IMG/VR virus record: IMGVR_UViG_3300044611_000958
Strand: one strand, 5' to 3'
Source: an uncultured virus (IMG/VR IMGVR_UViG_3300044611_000958)
Taxonomy: Duplodnaviria; Heunggongvirae; Uroviricota; Caudoviricetes
DNA length: 20,000 nt
Position numbers and translations under genes: made by a program. Numbering within the stretch: the first letter of the stretch is position 1; every line of letters begins with the position of its first letter. Below, one piece after another: positions 8,782 through 17,718 of this stretch. The notes beneath the pieces are model-generated. The model saw nothing but the letters and a program-made list of their open reading frames with translations. It was not told where the DNA came from and did no database searches.

Positions 8782-8782
8782 A

Positions 8783-9889
8783 TTAGTATAGTTCTTTGAT
8801 TTTCTTATAAATAAATTGGGCTACCTCTGGATTGTTAGTCAAAAATTCACACACGTTGTTAGATCCTTGGAACTTAAAAAATCTTTCTATTTCGTCAGCG
8901 GTTTGACCGATAGAGTTTTTAGTAAGAATATTTGCAACAATGGGATCTTCTGGACTATCAACGGCACACTGTATTGTATACCAAGCACCGCTTGACTTAA
9001 TAAGTCTAAACTCACATGCTATTTGCATTATCTCTTGCACTTCATCTATGCCTATACCATACCTAATCCAGCTTTCTGCTGTGCTGTTTGGTCTTCCACC
9101 AGCGTTAGATGTTTTAATTGCCCAGTTTGCTATCTGTCCAACGTGTGGCCCAGTATCTTTTGGCACTTGCCACTTGCCACGGTGCGTAATAACCATATTG
9201 GTGCCAGCTTGATACTGTAACATGTTTCCACAGTCTGCCATTTTCTGCGGAGCATATGGTGAGCCGCCAGTATTAGCAATGTTATGAGTTATACAAATAA
9301 GCATTGTCTTGTTTTTCATTAGAGTTCCGCTTATTCTTTTAAAGAACATAGACAGTAATCTTGGCAGAGCGTTACGCACACCTGTTCTTACTTCTCCCTC
9401 TAGCTCGCATGAGGGAACCATATTAGATAATGAATCAGCAATAATCAAACATCCGGGATCATTATTAATATAATATTCTGTAATATTTAGAAAGTCTTCT
9501 GCTGACAATACCCTATCGTCTGTGGACTCTATGATTAGAATTGCTTCTGGATCTAAACCTTTGATTCCATCAAAGTTTTGTCTTGACAATCTTCCTTCTG
9601 TATTTACATATATAACCTTTTTTCCTTTAGCCTGACACTTTGAAGCAAAATGAAGAGCGGTTGTTGTCTTACCACTCTTGGGATCTCCCGTCATTACTAT
9701 AACAGACCCTTCTCTTAGTCCACCGCCCAGCGCAATATCTAATGATGGAGATACGCCAATTACTTCTAGGCTATTAATCGATTCTAAAACTTCCGTTCCG
9801 CTTCTAACAACATCTCCATACTTACTAATAATAGAACTGCTAACAGAGTCTTCTGCAAATTTTATAGATCCATTCTTTTTTTTGCTCAT
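8783..9889 (-). CDS. recA: RecA/UvsX-like recombinase
   Basis: SPSLDIALGGGLREG, Walker A GDPKSGKTT, YVNTEGR, Walker B LIIADSL, IRYGIGID and IKSSGAWY. Confidence 0.93.
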   Translation of the reverse strand: MSKKKNGSIKFAEDSVSSSIISKYGDVVRSGTEVLESINSLEVIGVSPSLDIALGGGLREGSVIVMTGDPKSGKTTTALHFASKCQAKGKKVIYVNTEGRLSRQNFDGIKGLDPEAILIIESTDDRVLSAEDFLNITEYYINNDPGCLIIADSLSNMVPSCELEGEVRTGVRNALPRLLSMFFKRISGTLMKNKTMLICITHNIANTGGSPYAPQKMADCGNMLQYQAGTNMVITHRGKWQVPKDTGPHVGQIANWAIKTSNAGGRPNSTAESWIRYGIGIDEVQEIMQIACEFRLIKSSGAWYTIQCAVDSPEDPIVANILTKNSIGQTADEIERFFKFQGSNNVCEFLTNNPEVAQFIYKKIKELY

Positions 9890-10416
9890 AGGTTCCTCAA
9901 ATGATTAATATTGACTGTATTTTTGTCAACGTATTGTAATTTTCTTATACTAATTTCTTTTTTATCTTGTTCTTCTGGAATGTTTAGTTGTTCTTGGGTA
10001 ATTTTCTTGGATTCTTCTGCAATTCTATTATGATACAACGCAACAACCTTTTCTGCAAGTGGATTAATTTTATATCCACGGCCATTTTGTATCCCAAGGA
10101 CTAATAGCTTATCAAATTCTTTTGATTTAATTGCTCTAAGAACAGCTTCTTCGCTATATTTCTTTTTCAAAGTTCTAGCGGCATTAAACTGCTTCATCCA
10201 TATCCAATGATTTGGATCGCCTTTAGTCCAAAATTTATAAGCTGGTTTTCCTAAATTTAGTTTTTCAGCTCTTCTTAAAACAATATATTCTGCAACATAA
10301 GCCTCAAAAGTACAATATTCACCAGTGTGAATATGCTTATACTTATGAGTTTCTGACCATTCTTGTTGACATTTTTGACTAAATAATCCTGGCTTGCTAA
10401 CTTCTTTGTTTGACAT
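9886..10416 (-). CDS. hypothetical phage protein
   Basis: 176-aa ORF that overlaps both neighbours. No motif recognised. Confidence 0.75.
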   Translation of the reverse strand: MSNKEVSKPGLFSQKCQQEWSETHKYKHIHTGEYCTFEAYVAEYIVLRRAEKLNLGKPAYKFWTKGDPNHWIWMKQFNAARTLKKKYSEEAVLRAIKSKEFDKLLVLGIQNGRGYKINPLAEKVVALYHNRIAEESKKITQEQLNIPEEQDKKEISIRKLQYVDKNTVNINHLRNL

Positions 10417-10840
10417 TGTATATGATAGCCTCTTTAAAACAATCTTCTTCTAAGCTATAAGAGATTTGACCTTCTGATAGCTCTGGAACGCTAAAAGATT
10501 TTTTGGCTACAATGCCATCTTTTAGTGATCCTATTGCAATATTTTTCTTGTTTGCGCCGCCCATCCAACCCATAATAGAATTAACACAATAAACACCATC
10601 GCAATCGTGCGAAACGTCATAATCTACAACGTGTGATCTAAACTGAAGAGACACTCTAGAAATATATTTGTTATTGGCTTCGCAAAATTCTTTTAACTTT
10701 AACCACATCTTATAACTTGTTAAGTATATCTTTTCGTTGCTTTCAGCGATCACGACAGATATAAAAACCTGCTTCTTGTTTTTTAGTGATTTGTAAAAAT
10801 TTTGCCAACTATCTTCGCCAAAAATTAATTCATCGGTCAT
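10397..10840 (-). CDS. hypothetical phage protein
   Basis: 147-aa ORF with an ATGA overlap with the upstream gene. Confidence 0.75.
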   Translation of the reverse strand: MTDELIFGEDSWQNFYKSLKNKKQVFISVVIAESNEKIYLTSYKMWLKLKEFCEANNKYISRVSLQFRSHVVDYDVSHDCDGVYCVNSIMGWMGGANKKNIAIGSLKDGIVAKKSFSVPELSEGQISYSLEEDCFKEAIIYNVKQRS

Positions 10841-11160
10841 TTGATTTTAGTTATCCTGTGATTTGGTAGAGTTTTCTTGCTGTACTTTTTTACTTCATCG
10901 GATATAGTTGAGGCGTTTTCAGTCATTATAACAACGCCATCTTTTCTAATAAACTGATCACCAGCCGTTAACTGATTGCTGTTATTTTCTTTTATTGTGG
11001 TTGTGCTTTTCTTATTGTCTGTATGATTTTTTTTAATATATAACTCTATAGACCTAACAGTTCTATCTAGCTCATTCGCCAAATCTGTCGGTGTTAACAA
11101 TTGATAATGATGATCAATATAAAAAGCTTCTACTTTCCCGATTGGTCCCTTTTTAGCCAT
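10837..11160 (-). CDS. hypothetical protein with possible N-terminal helix-turn-helix
   Basis: LTPTDLANELDRTVRSIELYI is HTH-like, and an AGGAG RBS lies upstream of the ATG. Confidence 0.65.
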   Translation of the reverse strand: MAKKGPIGKVEAFYIDHHYQLLTPTDLANELDRTVRSIELYIKKNHTDNKKSTTTIKENNSNQLTAGDQFIRKDGVVIMTENASTISDEVKKYSKKTLPNHRITKIK

Positions 11161-11497
11161 TAATTAAACTCCTATTAGCTTTTGTAAAATATAAGCTATT
11201 TTTTGATGTCAAATATAGTAAGTACATATCGAAGACATTTTGATTAACATCTCTTAACTCTAGTTCTAAGTTTTTCTCTCTATGGCTATCCATGCCAGAT
11301 GGATCATACAATTCATATCTCTTGCAAAGGGCTGAAAATTTTTGCTGAACACTTCCATCTAAAAACTTAAACTTAACGTGTTTTGCATAAACCTTTTCGG
11401 TGCTTTCTTCGCTGATCTTTTTACCTTGCTTGTTAAACAGAGACTCTATTTTTTCTACTACAACTTCGCTACCAGATGGATGCTCAATATATTTCAT
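11153..11497 (-). CDS. hypothetical phage protein
   Basis: 114-aa ORF with coupled overlaps at both ends. Confidence 0.75.
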   Translation of the reverse strand: MKYIEHPSGSEVVVEKIESLFNKQGKKISEESTEKVYAKHVKFKFLDGSVQQKFSALCKRYELYDPSGMDSHREKNLELELRDVNQNVFDMYLLYLTSKNSLYFTKANRSLING

Positions 11498-11844
11498 TTT
11501 TCACCTGTCATTATGTAATGAGTTTTTTGTTGTTCTGTCATCTTGGTTATGTCTTTGCGAGAAGCTTTACCAGCTTCGGGAAAAACATTTTGTGTTTGCT
11601 TTTCCCGTTGCTGGCTACTAATTTCTGTCCTTTTATAACTTCCAAGATCTTTCCAGTTTTTGTCTGCTAACTGTCCTATTGTTTTAACTTCCTTTACGCT
11701 TGCATAAATTCCACCATATATTATTCTTTCTAAAGCCTCTTCTCCGCAAGAAGGACATAAAGATAAACTATCTTCAGACATTTTCTGATAAACATCGCTT
11801 ATTTTATGACTACAGGCTTTACATTCATAATCATATAGTGGCAT
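11494..11844 (-). CDS. FmdB-family zinc-ribbon protein
   Basis: MPLYDYECKAC...CPSCG...LERI is the CxxC_CxxC_SSSS/FmdB signature. Confidence 0.88.
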   Translation of the reverse strand: MPLYDYECKACSHKISDVYQKMSEDSLSLCPSCGEEALERIIYGGIYASVKEVKTIGQLADKNWKDLGSYKRTEISSQQREKQTQNVFPEAGKASRKDITKMTEQQKTHYIMTGEK

Positions 11845-11845
11845 A

Positions 11846-12526
11846 TTATTTTTCCAGTGCGTAAAGTACGGCTCCTATTATACCATTTCTCTGTATATCA
11901 TTATACTCAAGGCGGCAAATTCCGACACCCGTAACGTCAGAAAGTTTTTGCACACAGATATCTAAACCGCTATCTCTATAAATATCTGTTTGCTTATTGT
12001 CACCATTTATAATGACTTTAGAACCTTGTCCCATTCTTGTTATAAACATTTTTATTTGATCCATAGTACAATTTTGAGCTTCATCCAATATCATAAATGA
12101 ATTATGAAAAGTTGCCCCTCTCATTGTTTCTAATGGTTCAAATTTAATTCTTCTTGTATTATAATACAAGCCAAATTTATCTCTGCCAAGAAAATATTTT
12201 AAATTTTCCTCCATGGGCTGTAGATATGGTTTAATTTTATCGTTTAGTTCTCCCGGTAATGATCCTATATCTTTACCAGTACAAACTAACGGTCTAGTAA
12301 CTATAATTGTATCAATTTCATCTTTTAGTAATTTTTGTGCAGCTATTCCGGCGGCGATAAAAGATTTGCCGCTACCGGACGGACCCGTACAAAAAATAAC
12401 ATCATTTTCTACTATTAATCTTATATACTTTTTTTGATTTTCGGTTTTTGCCTCTAGATTATTTACTTGTGATTTTTTTTCTTCCTTACGCTTTTTTCGA
12501 TTGTTGTTCGTCGGGTGTGTCGGCAT
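11846..12526 (-). CDS. phoH: PhoH-family ATPase
   Basis: GPSGSGKSF, IIVTRP, IGSLPGEL, MRGATF, ILDEAQN, FITRMG, GDNKQTD and DIQRN. Start at ATG 12526 has a GGAGA RBS; the ORF track start at 12562 is an alternative. Confidence 0.95.
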   Translation of the reverse strand: MPTHPTNNNRKKRKEEKKSQVNNLEAKTENQKKYIRLIVENDVIFCTGPSGSGKSFIAAGIAAQKLLKDEIDTIIVTRPLVCTGKDIGSLPGELNDKIKPYLQPMEENLKYFLGRDKFGLYYNTRRIKFEPLETMRGATFHNSFMILDEAQNCTMDQIKMFITRMGQGSKVIINGDNKQTDIYRDSGLDICVQKLSDVTGVGICRLEYNDIQRNGIIGAVLYALEK

Positions 12527-13250
12527 ATCTTTCTCCATGATTGAGTGGTGGCTTTTTTTCATACCACCACTTTATAGATTTAGTAACATTTTGAAATGAA
12601 TTTAATCCTAAAGACTGTTTGAAGGAATTAATTCCAAATATGCACCATACTACATTCCCCTTCACGTATCCTCTTTCTGGCTCTATCCTATCTAGCGATG
12701 GACCATCCCATGCTTGAAAGCCATCTTGCTTCATTGAATTTTTCATCGGTATACTTGAATAAAAACAAAGACCATTTTGTTTTTTCCACAAACTTGTGAG
12801 ATAAGCTGCATCTAAATTAAATTCAATATTTTGTTTTCTTGCTCTAGATTTTACCGTACATATACGCCTTTTTATGTAAAATGATATATCGCCATTTTCA
12901 ATAGAGTGTTTAAATCTATGATTTCTAGATTTATTACATTTAATTACAGCTTCTTCTTTGTTGTAACATTCCCTACATTGCTTGGCAACTCCACCAGATA
13001 AATTTCTACTTTTATTAAACAAAGTTACATCTTTCCACTTTTTACATTTATAGCATCTTTTGTTATTTCCAGAAAGTATTGGGCATTTATGATGAGCGTC
13101 TGCGCTTCTTCTTTCTCTATATATATTTGTTCCACAATTATTACAAGTAACTATGATTTTTGAGTGCGATCCAGCATGTAGATCTGATACTTTGTAACCA
13201 AAAGTTGCTAATGTCAATTCTTCATTTAATTTTACTGTAGATAACATCAT
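12486..13250 (-). CDS. free-standing His-Me finger (HNH-like) endonuclease with N-terminal zinc fingers; putative homing endonuclease
   Basis: CNNC and CYKC...F...CREC zinc motifs, and C-terminal QNGLCFYS...SLDRIEPERGYVKGNVVWC...NSFK. Strong GGAGGT RBS. Inserted between dut and phoH, overlapping the phoH 5' end. Confidence 0.8.
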   Translation of the reverse strand: MMLSTVKLNEELTLATFGYKVSDLHAGSHSKIIVTCNNCGTNIYRERRSADAHHKCPILSGNNKRCYKCKKWKDVTLFNKSRNLSGGVAKQCRECYNKEEAVIKCNKSRNHRFKHSIENGDISFYIKRRICTVKSRARKQNIEFNLDAAYLTSLWKKQNGLCFYSSIPMKNSMKQDGFQAWDGPSLDRIEPERGYVKGNVVWCIFGINSFKQSLGLNSFQNVTKSIKWWYEKKPPLNHGERYADTPDEQQSKKA

Positions 13251-13302
13251 TACCTCCTAGTGTAACTATGTGATTATGATAATATACACTAAAATGGTAA
13301 AA
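13248..13302 (-). promoter_or_regulatory. RBS-sequestering RNA hairpin with an embedded promoter-like motif
   Basis: Minus-strand UUACC(A)UUUUAGUGUA pairs with UACACUAGGAGGUAA, covering the SD. TAGTGTATATTAT at 13291-13279 lies in the 5' arm and loop. Confidence 0.7.
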
Positions 13303-13308
13303 TGGTCT

Positions 13309-13734
13309 TTAGTTTCCAGAGCTTCCAAAGCCGCTACTCCCTCGTTGTGAGGAACCTAACGATTCACTTAACGATAATGATACGCGAGGCACCTCTTGGA
13401 ATATAATCTGAGCGATTCTATCCCCACAATGTATTTGTACATTTTCGTCTGATGTATTGTACAAACAAACCATGATCTCTCCACGATAACCACTATCAAC
13501 CACTCCAGCCAAAACATCTATACCAGACTTAACAGATAGGCCAGATCGTGGCCATATTAATCCTGCAAGATGTTGTGGCATCTCTAATGCTATACCAGTA
13601 TGAATGATTTTTCTTTGCTTGCTTGGTATAATTGTATCAACCGTTGCGTATAAATCAAATCCTGCATCATACTCATTTGCTCTTGTTGGCAATTTTGCTA
13701 TGTCATTTAGTAATTTAACTTGCACCAAATTCAT
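13309..13734 (-). CDS. dut: trimeric dUTPase
   Basis: All five motifs are present: AGFDL, PRSGL, GVVDSGYRGEI, GDRIAQ and RGSSGFGSSG. Confidence 0.98.
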   Translation of the reverse strand: MNLVQVKLLNDIAKLPTRANEYDAGFDLYATVDTIIPSKQRKIIHTGIALEMPQHLAGLIWPRSGLSVKSGIDVLAGVVDSGYRGEIMVCLYNTSDENVQIHCGDRIAQIIFQEVPRVSLSLSESLGSSQRGSSGFGSSGN

Positions 13735-14810
13735 AAATCAAATCCCCCTAAGTCAACTTCTTCAAGGTCGTTTTTGCTAGCACCAATCTTATATGATGTA
13801 ATTTCATGTTCCTGTGGGGCAACTTGAACAGCCTCACTATTCATCCATGGGTCCGTCCAGCCAGCTATTGGATTTTTCTTACCCTTTTCATACGGCAAGC
13901 CAATATTTTTTCTTCTGCTCATACATAACCAATCTATGTATTCAGATAAAACTGTTTCGTTTAATCCAATAATTGAACCATCTTTGAATAAGTATGAAGC
14001 CCATGCCTTTTCTTCTTCTGCGGCAGATTCAAACATTCTACAGGCTTCTTCTTCGCACTCTGAGGCTATTTGTGTAAAACCTTCTTCTGGTACTGTTCTA
14101 AGAATTTTGATTATCTCTTGAGTGTTATATAGATGCAAAGCCTCATCCCGCTTGATAAGCTTAATGATGTCTGCATTTCCTACCATTTTCTTATTTTCAG
14201 CGAACGCAAAAGCGCAAACAAAAGAAACGTAAAATCTAATAGCTTCCAATATATTAACACTTACAAGTGTTAGATATATTTGCTTTTTGATATCATTCTT
14301 TTTTCCAGAATCTCCAACTTCGCGGAGGGTATTATATTCTTTTATTGCGACATTTGCTCTTTTAAGAATTTCTTTATTAGTTAAGCAGCTATCTAGAACT
14401 TCTCCGGGGTTGCTATAAACATTTTTGATAATATATGTATAACTATAACTATGAATTTGTTCAAAGAATTGCCACACGTTCATACATGCTTCTAATTCTG
14501 GATTAGATACATGCTGCAAGAGCGTTGGAACGCCGCGACATATAACGCTGTCCAATGCTGTTTGATAAAGTAAATTAGAAGTAAATATAAACTTCTCATT
14601 TTTACTCATTATGTTGTCATTTTTAAAATCATTACGATCTTTTTTTAATTCAATTTCCTCTGGCCTCCAGAAGAATTCTAATTGTTTTTTATATAAATCA
14701 AAAAAAACAGGATATTTAAACTTATCATATCTTTGTAGTGATAGATCTTCCCCCATAAAAAGAGGCTGAGAAAGATAATCTACATTTTTCTTATTTAAGA
14801 TCGTTTTCAT
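13731..14810 (-). CDS. nrdB: ribonucleotide reductase class Ia beta subunit
   Basis: FFWRPEEI, D (ALDS), EQIHSYSY (radical Tyr), LEAIRFYVSF, RDEALH and VAPQEHEITSY. Start at ATG 14810 gives an ATGA overlap with the nrdA stop. Confidence 0.97.
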   Translation of the reverse strand: MKTILNKKNVDYLSQPLFMGEDLSLQRYDKFKYPVFFDLYKKQLEFFWRPEEIELKKDRNDFKNDNIMSKNEKFIFTSNLLYQTALDSVICRGVPTLLQHVSNPELEACMNVWQFFEQIHSYSYTYIIKNVYSNPGEVLDSCLTNKEILKRANVAIKEYNTLREVGDSGKKNDIKKQIYLTLVSVNILEAIRFYVSFVCAFAFAENKKMVGNADIIKLIKRDEALHLYNTQEIIKILRTVPEEGFTQIASECEEEACRMFESAAEEEKAWASYLFKDGSIIGLNETVLSEYIDWLCMSRRKNIGLPYEKGKKNPIAGWTDPWMNSEAVQVAPQEHEITSYKIGASKNDLEEVDLGGFDL

Positions 14811-17050
14811 ATGGCGCACGCTCCCCCTTCGCAAGTTTCTTCTTTCTTGTACATGTCTTTTTCAGTTTCGCCGTCAGAATCGGGAGTATTGCAATAATAG
14901 AAATTTTTTATTCCATACTTGAAACCATATATCTGATCCTTAATTAATACACTTAAAGGTATATTGCCATCTTTATAATGAGCATAATTATAATAAAGAT
15001 TTACGCTAATGCTCATGTCTATAAATTTCTGCAATACAGCACAAATATTTAGTATTGACTTATTACTTTCCATTTCCCAGGCCAAAGTGTAATAATTTTT
15101 GCGAGTAGAATAATTTGGCACCAATTGCTTCAAAACTCCGTTCTTAGCCTTCTTATATGACATTAGGCTTCTGACAGGCTCAATGCCATTAGTGCTATTC
15201 TGAATGACGCTGGATGACTCACAGGGCATTATAGCACTAAGAGTAGAGTGACGCAAGCCATATTTTTTAACTCGCTCCCTAAGACCTTCCCAATCCATCT
15301 TATATGATGGGCTAACTAGTTCATCAACGGTTTTTTTGTACCAATCTATTGGTAATAATCCCTGTCCGTATTTTGTATCAGCAAACTTTGCGCATGATCC
15401 GAATTGTTCAGCAAGTACGCAAGATTCATTTATCAAATTCCATTGTATTTTTTCCATTAATTCATGAACATGAGATAATGTCGCTTCATCGTCGTACTTT
15501 AGTTTCTGTTTTGCTAAATAGCCAGCGAAGTTAGTAATTCCAATACCAAGCGATCTTCTATTTTTTGTAAAGTTTTCCCCAGCTAATACTGGATAATCTT
15601 GATAATCAATTACAGATTCTAAAGTTCTAACTGCCATCCTACAGGCTTTTGCGATATCTTCATCACCGTGCAGTTCTAGCAAGTTTAGTGCGGATAGAAT
15701 ACAAATTCCAATCTCCCCATCTGGATCGTCTACAGATTTTATTGGTTTAGTGGGGTGTAATATTTCTTGGCACAAGTTTGACATATATACCGGAACCGCC
15801 CAAGAGCCGTGTTCATTGGCATTATCTATATTCATTACATATATACGTCCCGTCTCTAGTCTTTCTTTAGTAAAGATTTCAGCTAGTTTTCTAGCACTAA
15901 TCTTTTTCTTCATCTTGATATGCTTATTATTCTCATATTTTTCGTATAGCTTTTTGAAGTCCTCGTTATCATTCATTGAGCTATATAGACCGCCTGTTTC
16001 TTCTGGACTAAACAGTGTAATATCTTCATTCTTAATAAGACGCTCATAAAACAGCTTATTAAACTGAATAGAGTAATCTAGCTTTCTTACTCTATTATCG
16101 TCGGTGCCAGCGTTATTTTTAAGGACAATAATATCCTCAATTTCATAATGCCAGAATGGCACATGGACCGTAGCAGAACCTCCACGAATACCGTTCTGAC
16201 TGGTGGCTTTTACCGTAGATTCAAATATTTTTAAATATGGTATGAGTCCAGTATGTATTACTTCGCCGCCACGGATTTCAGAATTAATTGGTCTAATTCT
16301 ACCAGCATTCAAGCCTATTCCTGCTCGTCGTGCGGTATATTTACCAACGGCGTGTACGCTAGAGAAAATAGAACCTAAATCATCTTCAACGTCTACTAAT
16401 ACACAGCTAGCGAATTGCTTAATTTTAGTTCTAACTCCAGCCATGATAGGAGTTGGTAAGTTGATTTTATGAGTAGAAAAACACTCATAGGCATCAAGAA
16501 CTTCTTTTACAGAATTAAACAATGCCATAGCGATGCAAACATAAGCAAACTGTGGTGTTTCATATATCTTGCCAGTAACTCTATTCTTAACAAGATACTT
16601 ATCAATTAATTGTTGAAGGCCAGCGTATGTAAAAAGATAATCTCTATCATGATCTATATATTTTTCTATTTCCTCAATATCGTCTTTTGTCCACTTATTA
16701 AATAATTCAACATCATAGACCTTGTATTCTATATTTTTGCAAATATGGTTATATAAAGACGGTGGAGAATCATATCTTTCCCACAGATCTTTTCTTAGCG
16801 ACATATTCAATAGTCTAGAGGCAACGTATTGATAATTAGGATTTTGCGGAGAAGTTAGATCGTTTGCAGACTTGATAAGAATTTGATGAATTTCTTTTGT
16901 GCTGATACCATCTCTAATGGAGAGGTTAGCATTCATTTCTATTTCAGAGAGAGAAACATTATTTAATCCCCTTATGGCCCAATCTACAACCTTGTGAATC
17001 TTTTCTACATTATAAGGTTCCAAGTCTGCATTTCTCTTCTCTACTTGCAT
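14807..17050 (-). CDS. nrdA: ribonucleotide reductase class Ia alpha subunit with ATP cone
   Basis: VEKRN ATP cone, ETPQ, PTPIMAG, FASCVL, SQNGIRGG, SNLCQE, MPCESSS, NSTNGIEP, FYYCN and C-terminal CEGGAC. Uninterrupted, with a GGAG RBS. Confidence 0.98.
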   Translation of the reverse strand: MQVEKRNADLEPYNVEKIHKVVDWAIRGLNNVSLSEIEMNANLSIRDGISTKEIHQILIKSANDLTSPQNPNYQYVASRLLNMSLRKDLWERYDSPPSLYNHICKNIEYKVYDVELFNKWTKDDIEEIEKYIDHDRDYLFTYAGLQQLIDKYLVKNRVTGKIYETPQFAYVCIAMALFNSVKEVLDAYECFSTHKINLPTPIMAGVRTKIKQFASCVLVDVEDDLGSIFSSVHAVGKYTARRAGIGLNAGRIRPINSEIRGGEVIHTGLIPYLKIFESTVKATSQNGIRGGSATVHVPFWHYEIEDIIVLKNNAGTDDNRVRKLDYSIQFNKLFYERLIKNEDITLFSPEETGGLYSSMNDNEDFKKLYEKYENNKHIKMKKKISARKLAEIFTKERLETGRIYVMNIDNANEHGSWAVPVYMSNLCQEILHPTKPIKSVDDPDGEIGICILSALNLLELHGDEDIAKACRMAVRTLESVIDYQDYPVLAGENFTKNRRSLGIGITNFAGYLAKQKLKYDDEATLSHVHELMEKIQWNLINESCVLAEQFGSCAKFADTKYGQGLLPIDWYKKTVDELVSPSYKMDWEGLRERVKKYGLRHSTLSAIMPCESSSVIQNSTNGIEPVRSLMSYKKAKNGVLKQLVPNYSTRKNYYTLAWEMESNKSILNICAVLQKFIDMSISVNLYYNYAHYKDGNIPLSVLIKDQIYGFKYGIKNFYYCNTPDSDGETEKDMYKKEETCEGGACAI

Positions 17051-17088
17051 ATATATTTTCTCCGTAAATTTTTAAAAACTTTGTACTA

Positions 17089-17715
17089 TTAAGTCAAAAG
17101 TGAGCGTATAACCCGCTCAACAGCCCATTTAATTATGGCTGGCAATATCATACCTAGAATAATTATTGAAACAAATGATCCATACTTCAACTCTTTGTCA
17201 TTTTTAATCTGTTCTTCTACAAAGTAATAACATTGATTTTTTAAAACAAAATAATCAAATTGATCGCACTTACTAAACTGCACTCCGCTAAGACTAGCTA
17301 TTGTAGCCCAATCTTTTGCGTATTGCAAGCATCTGGACGCTATTTTTCTTTTTGATTTGCTTTGAAAGGTGGCGTTTATTTCCTTTTCTATATCTATGTG
17401 GTCCAAGTTTATTTTATTAAGTTCTGACCCAAACGTTTTCTTTGGTTCATAGTCAAATGGTATATCTGGAAAATTTTTAAGTTTTATCATTCCTCCGGTT
17501 TTACCAAAAGATACACCTTCAACATTTAATTTTAATGTTATGAACTTGTGAACTTCTGCGCTTGGTAAATTATTTTCAAATGAAAAGTATACACTCTCTC
17601 CATTGTTAACAATTTTAACATCGGCAGGCGTTTGGCACTTAATTTTAATATTATTTACATAAAATCCAGTAGAAAATAACTGATTTAAAATTTGATAAAT
17701 ATTTTTAAGATCCAT
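17089..17715 (-). CDS. hypothetical protein with C-terminal membrane anchor
   Basis: 208 aa ending in the hydrophobic segment GSFVSIIILGMILPAIIKWAV. Confidence 0.75.
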   Translation of the reverse strand: MDLKNIYQILNQLFSTGFYVNNIKIKCQTPADVKIVNNGESVYFSFENNLPSAEVHKFITLKLNVEGVSFGKTGGMIKLKNFPDIPFDYEPKKTFGSELNKINLDHIDIEKEINATFQSKSKRKIASRCLQYAKDWATIASLSGVQFSKCDQFDYFVLKNQCYYFVEEQIKNDKELKYGSFVSIIILGMILPAIIKWAVERVIRSLLT

Positions 17716-17718
17716 ATA

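Noticed and set aside
12544..12571. Hairpin as an intrinsic terminator
   Set aside because: No U-tract follows the stem on the coding strand. It is kept only as a possible regulatory hairpin.
13731..17050. Possible introns or inteins in nrdA/nrdB, which are common insertion sites in phages
   Set aside because: Both ORFs are continuous and of normal length, with no intein or intron signatures. dnaB and recA are likewise uninterrupted.
17051..17088. AT-rich quasi-palindrome upstream of nrdA (possible NrdR box or operator)
   Set aside because: It is low complexity, is expected by chance at this AT content, and has no convincing match to tandem NrdR boxes.
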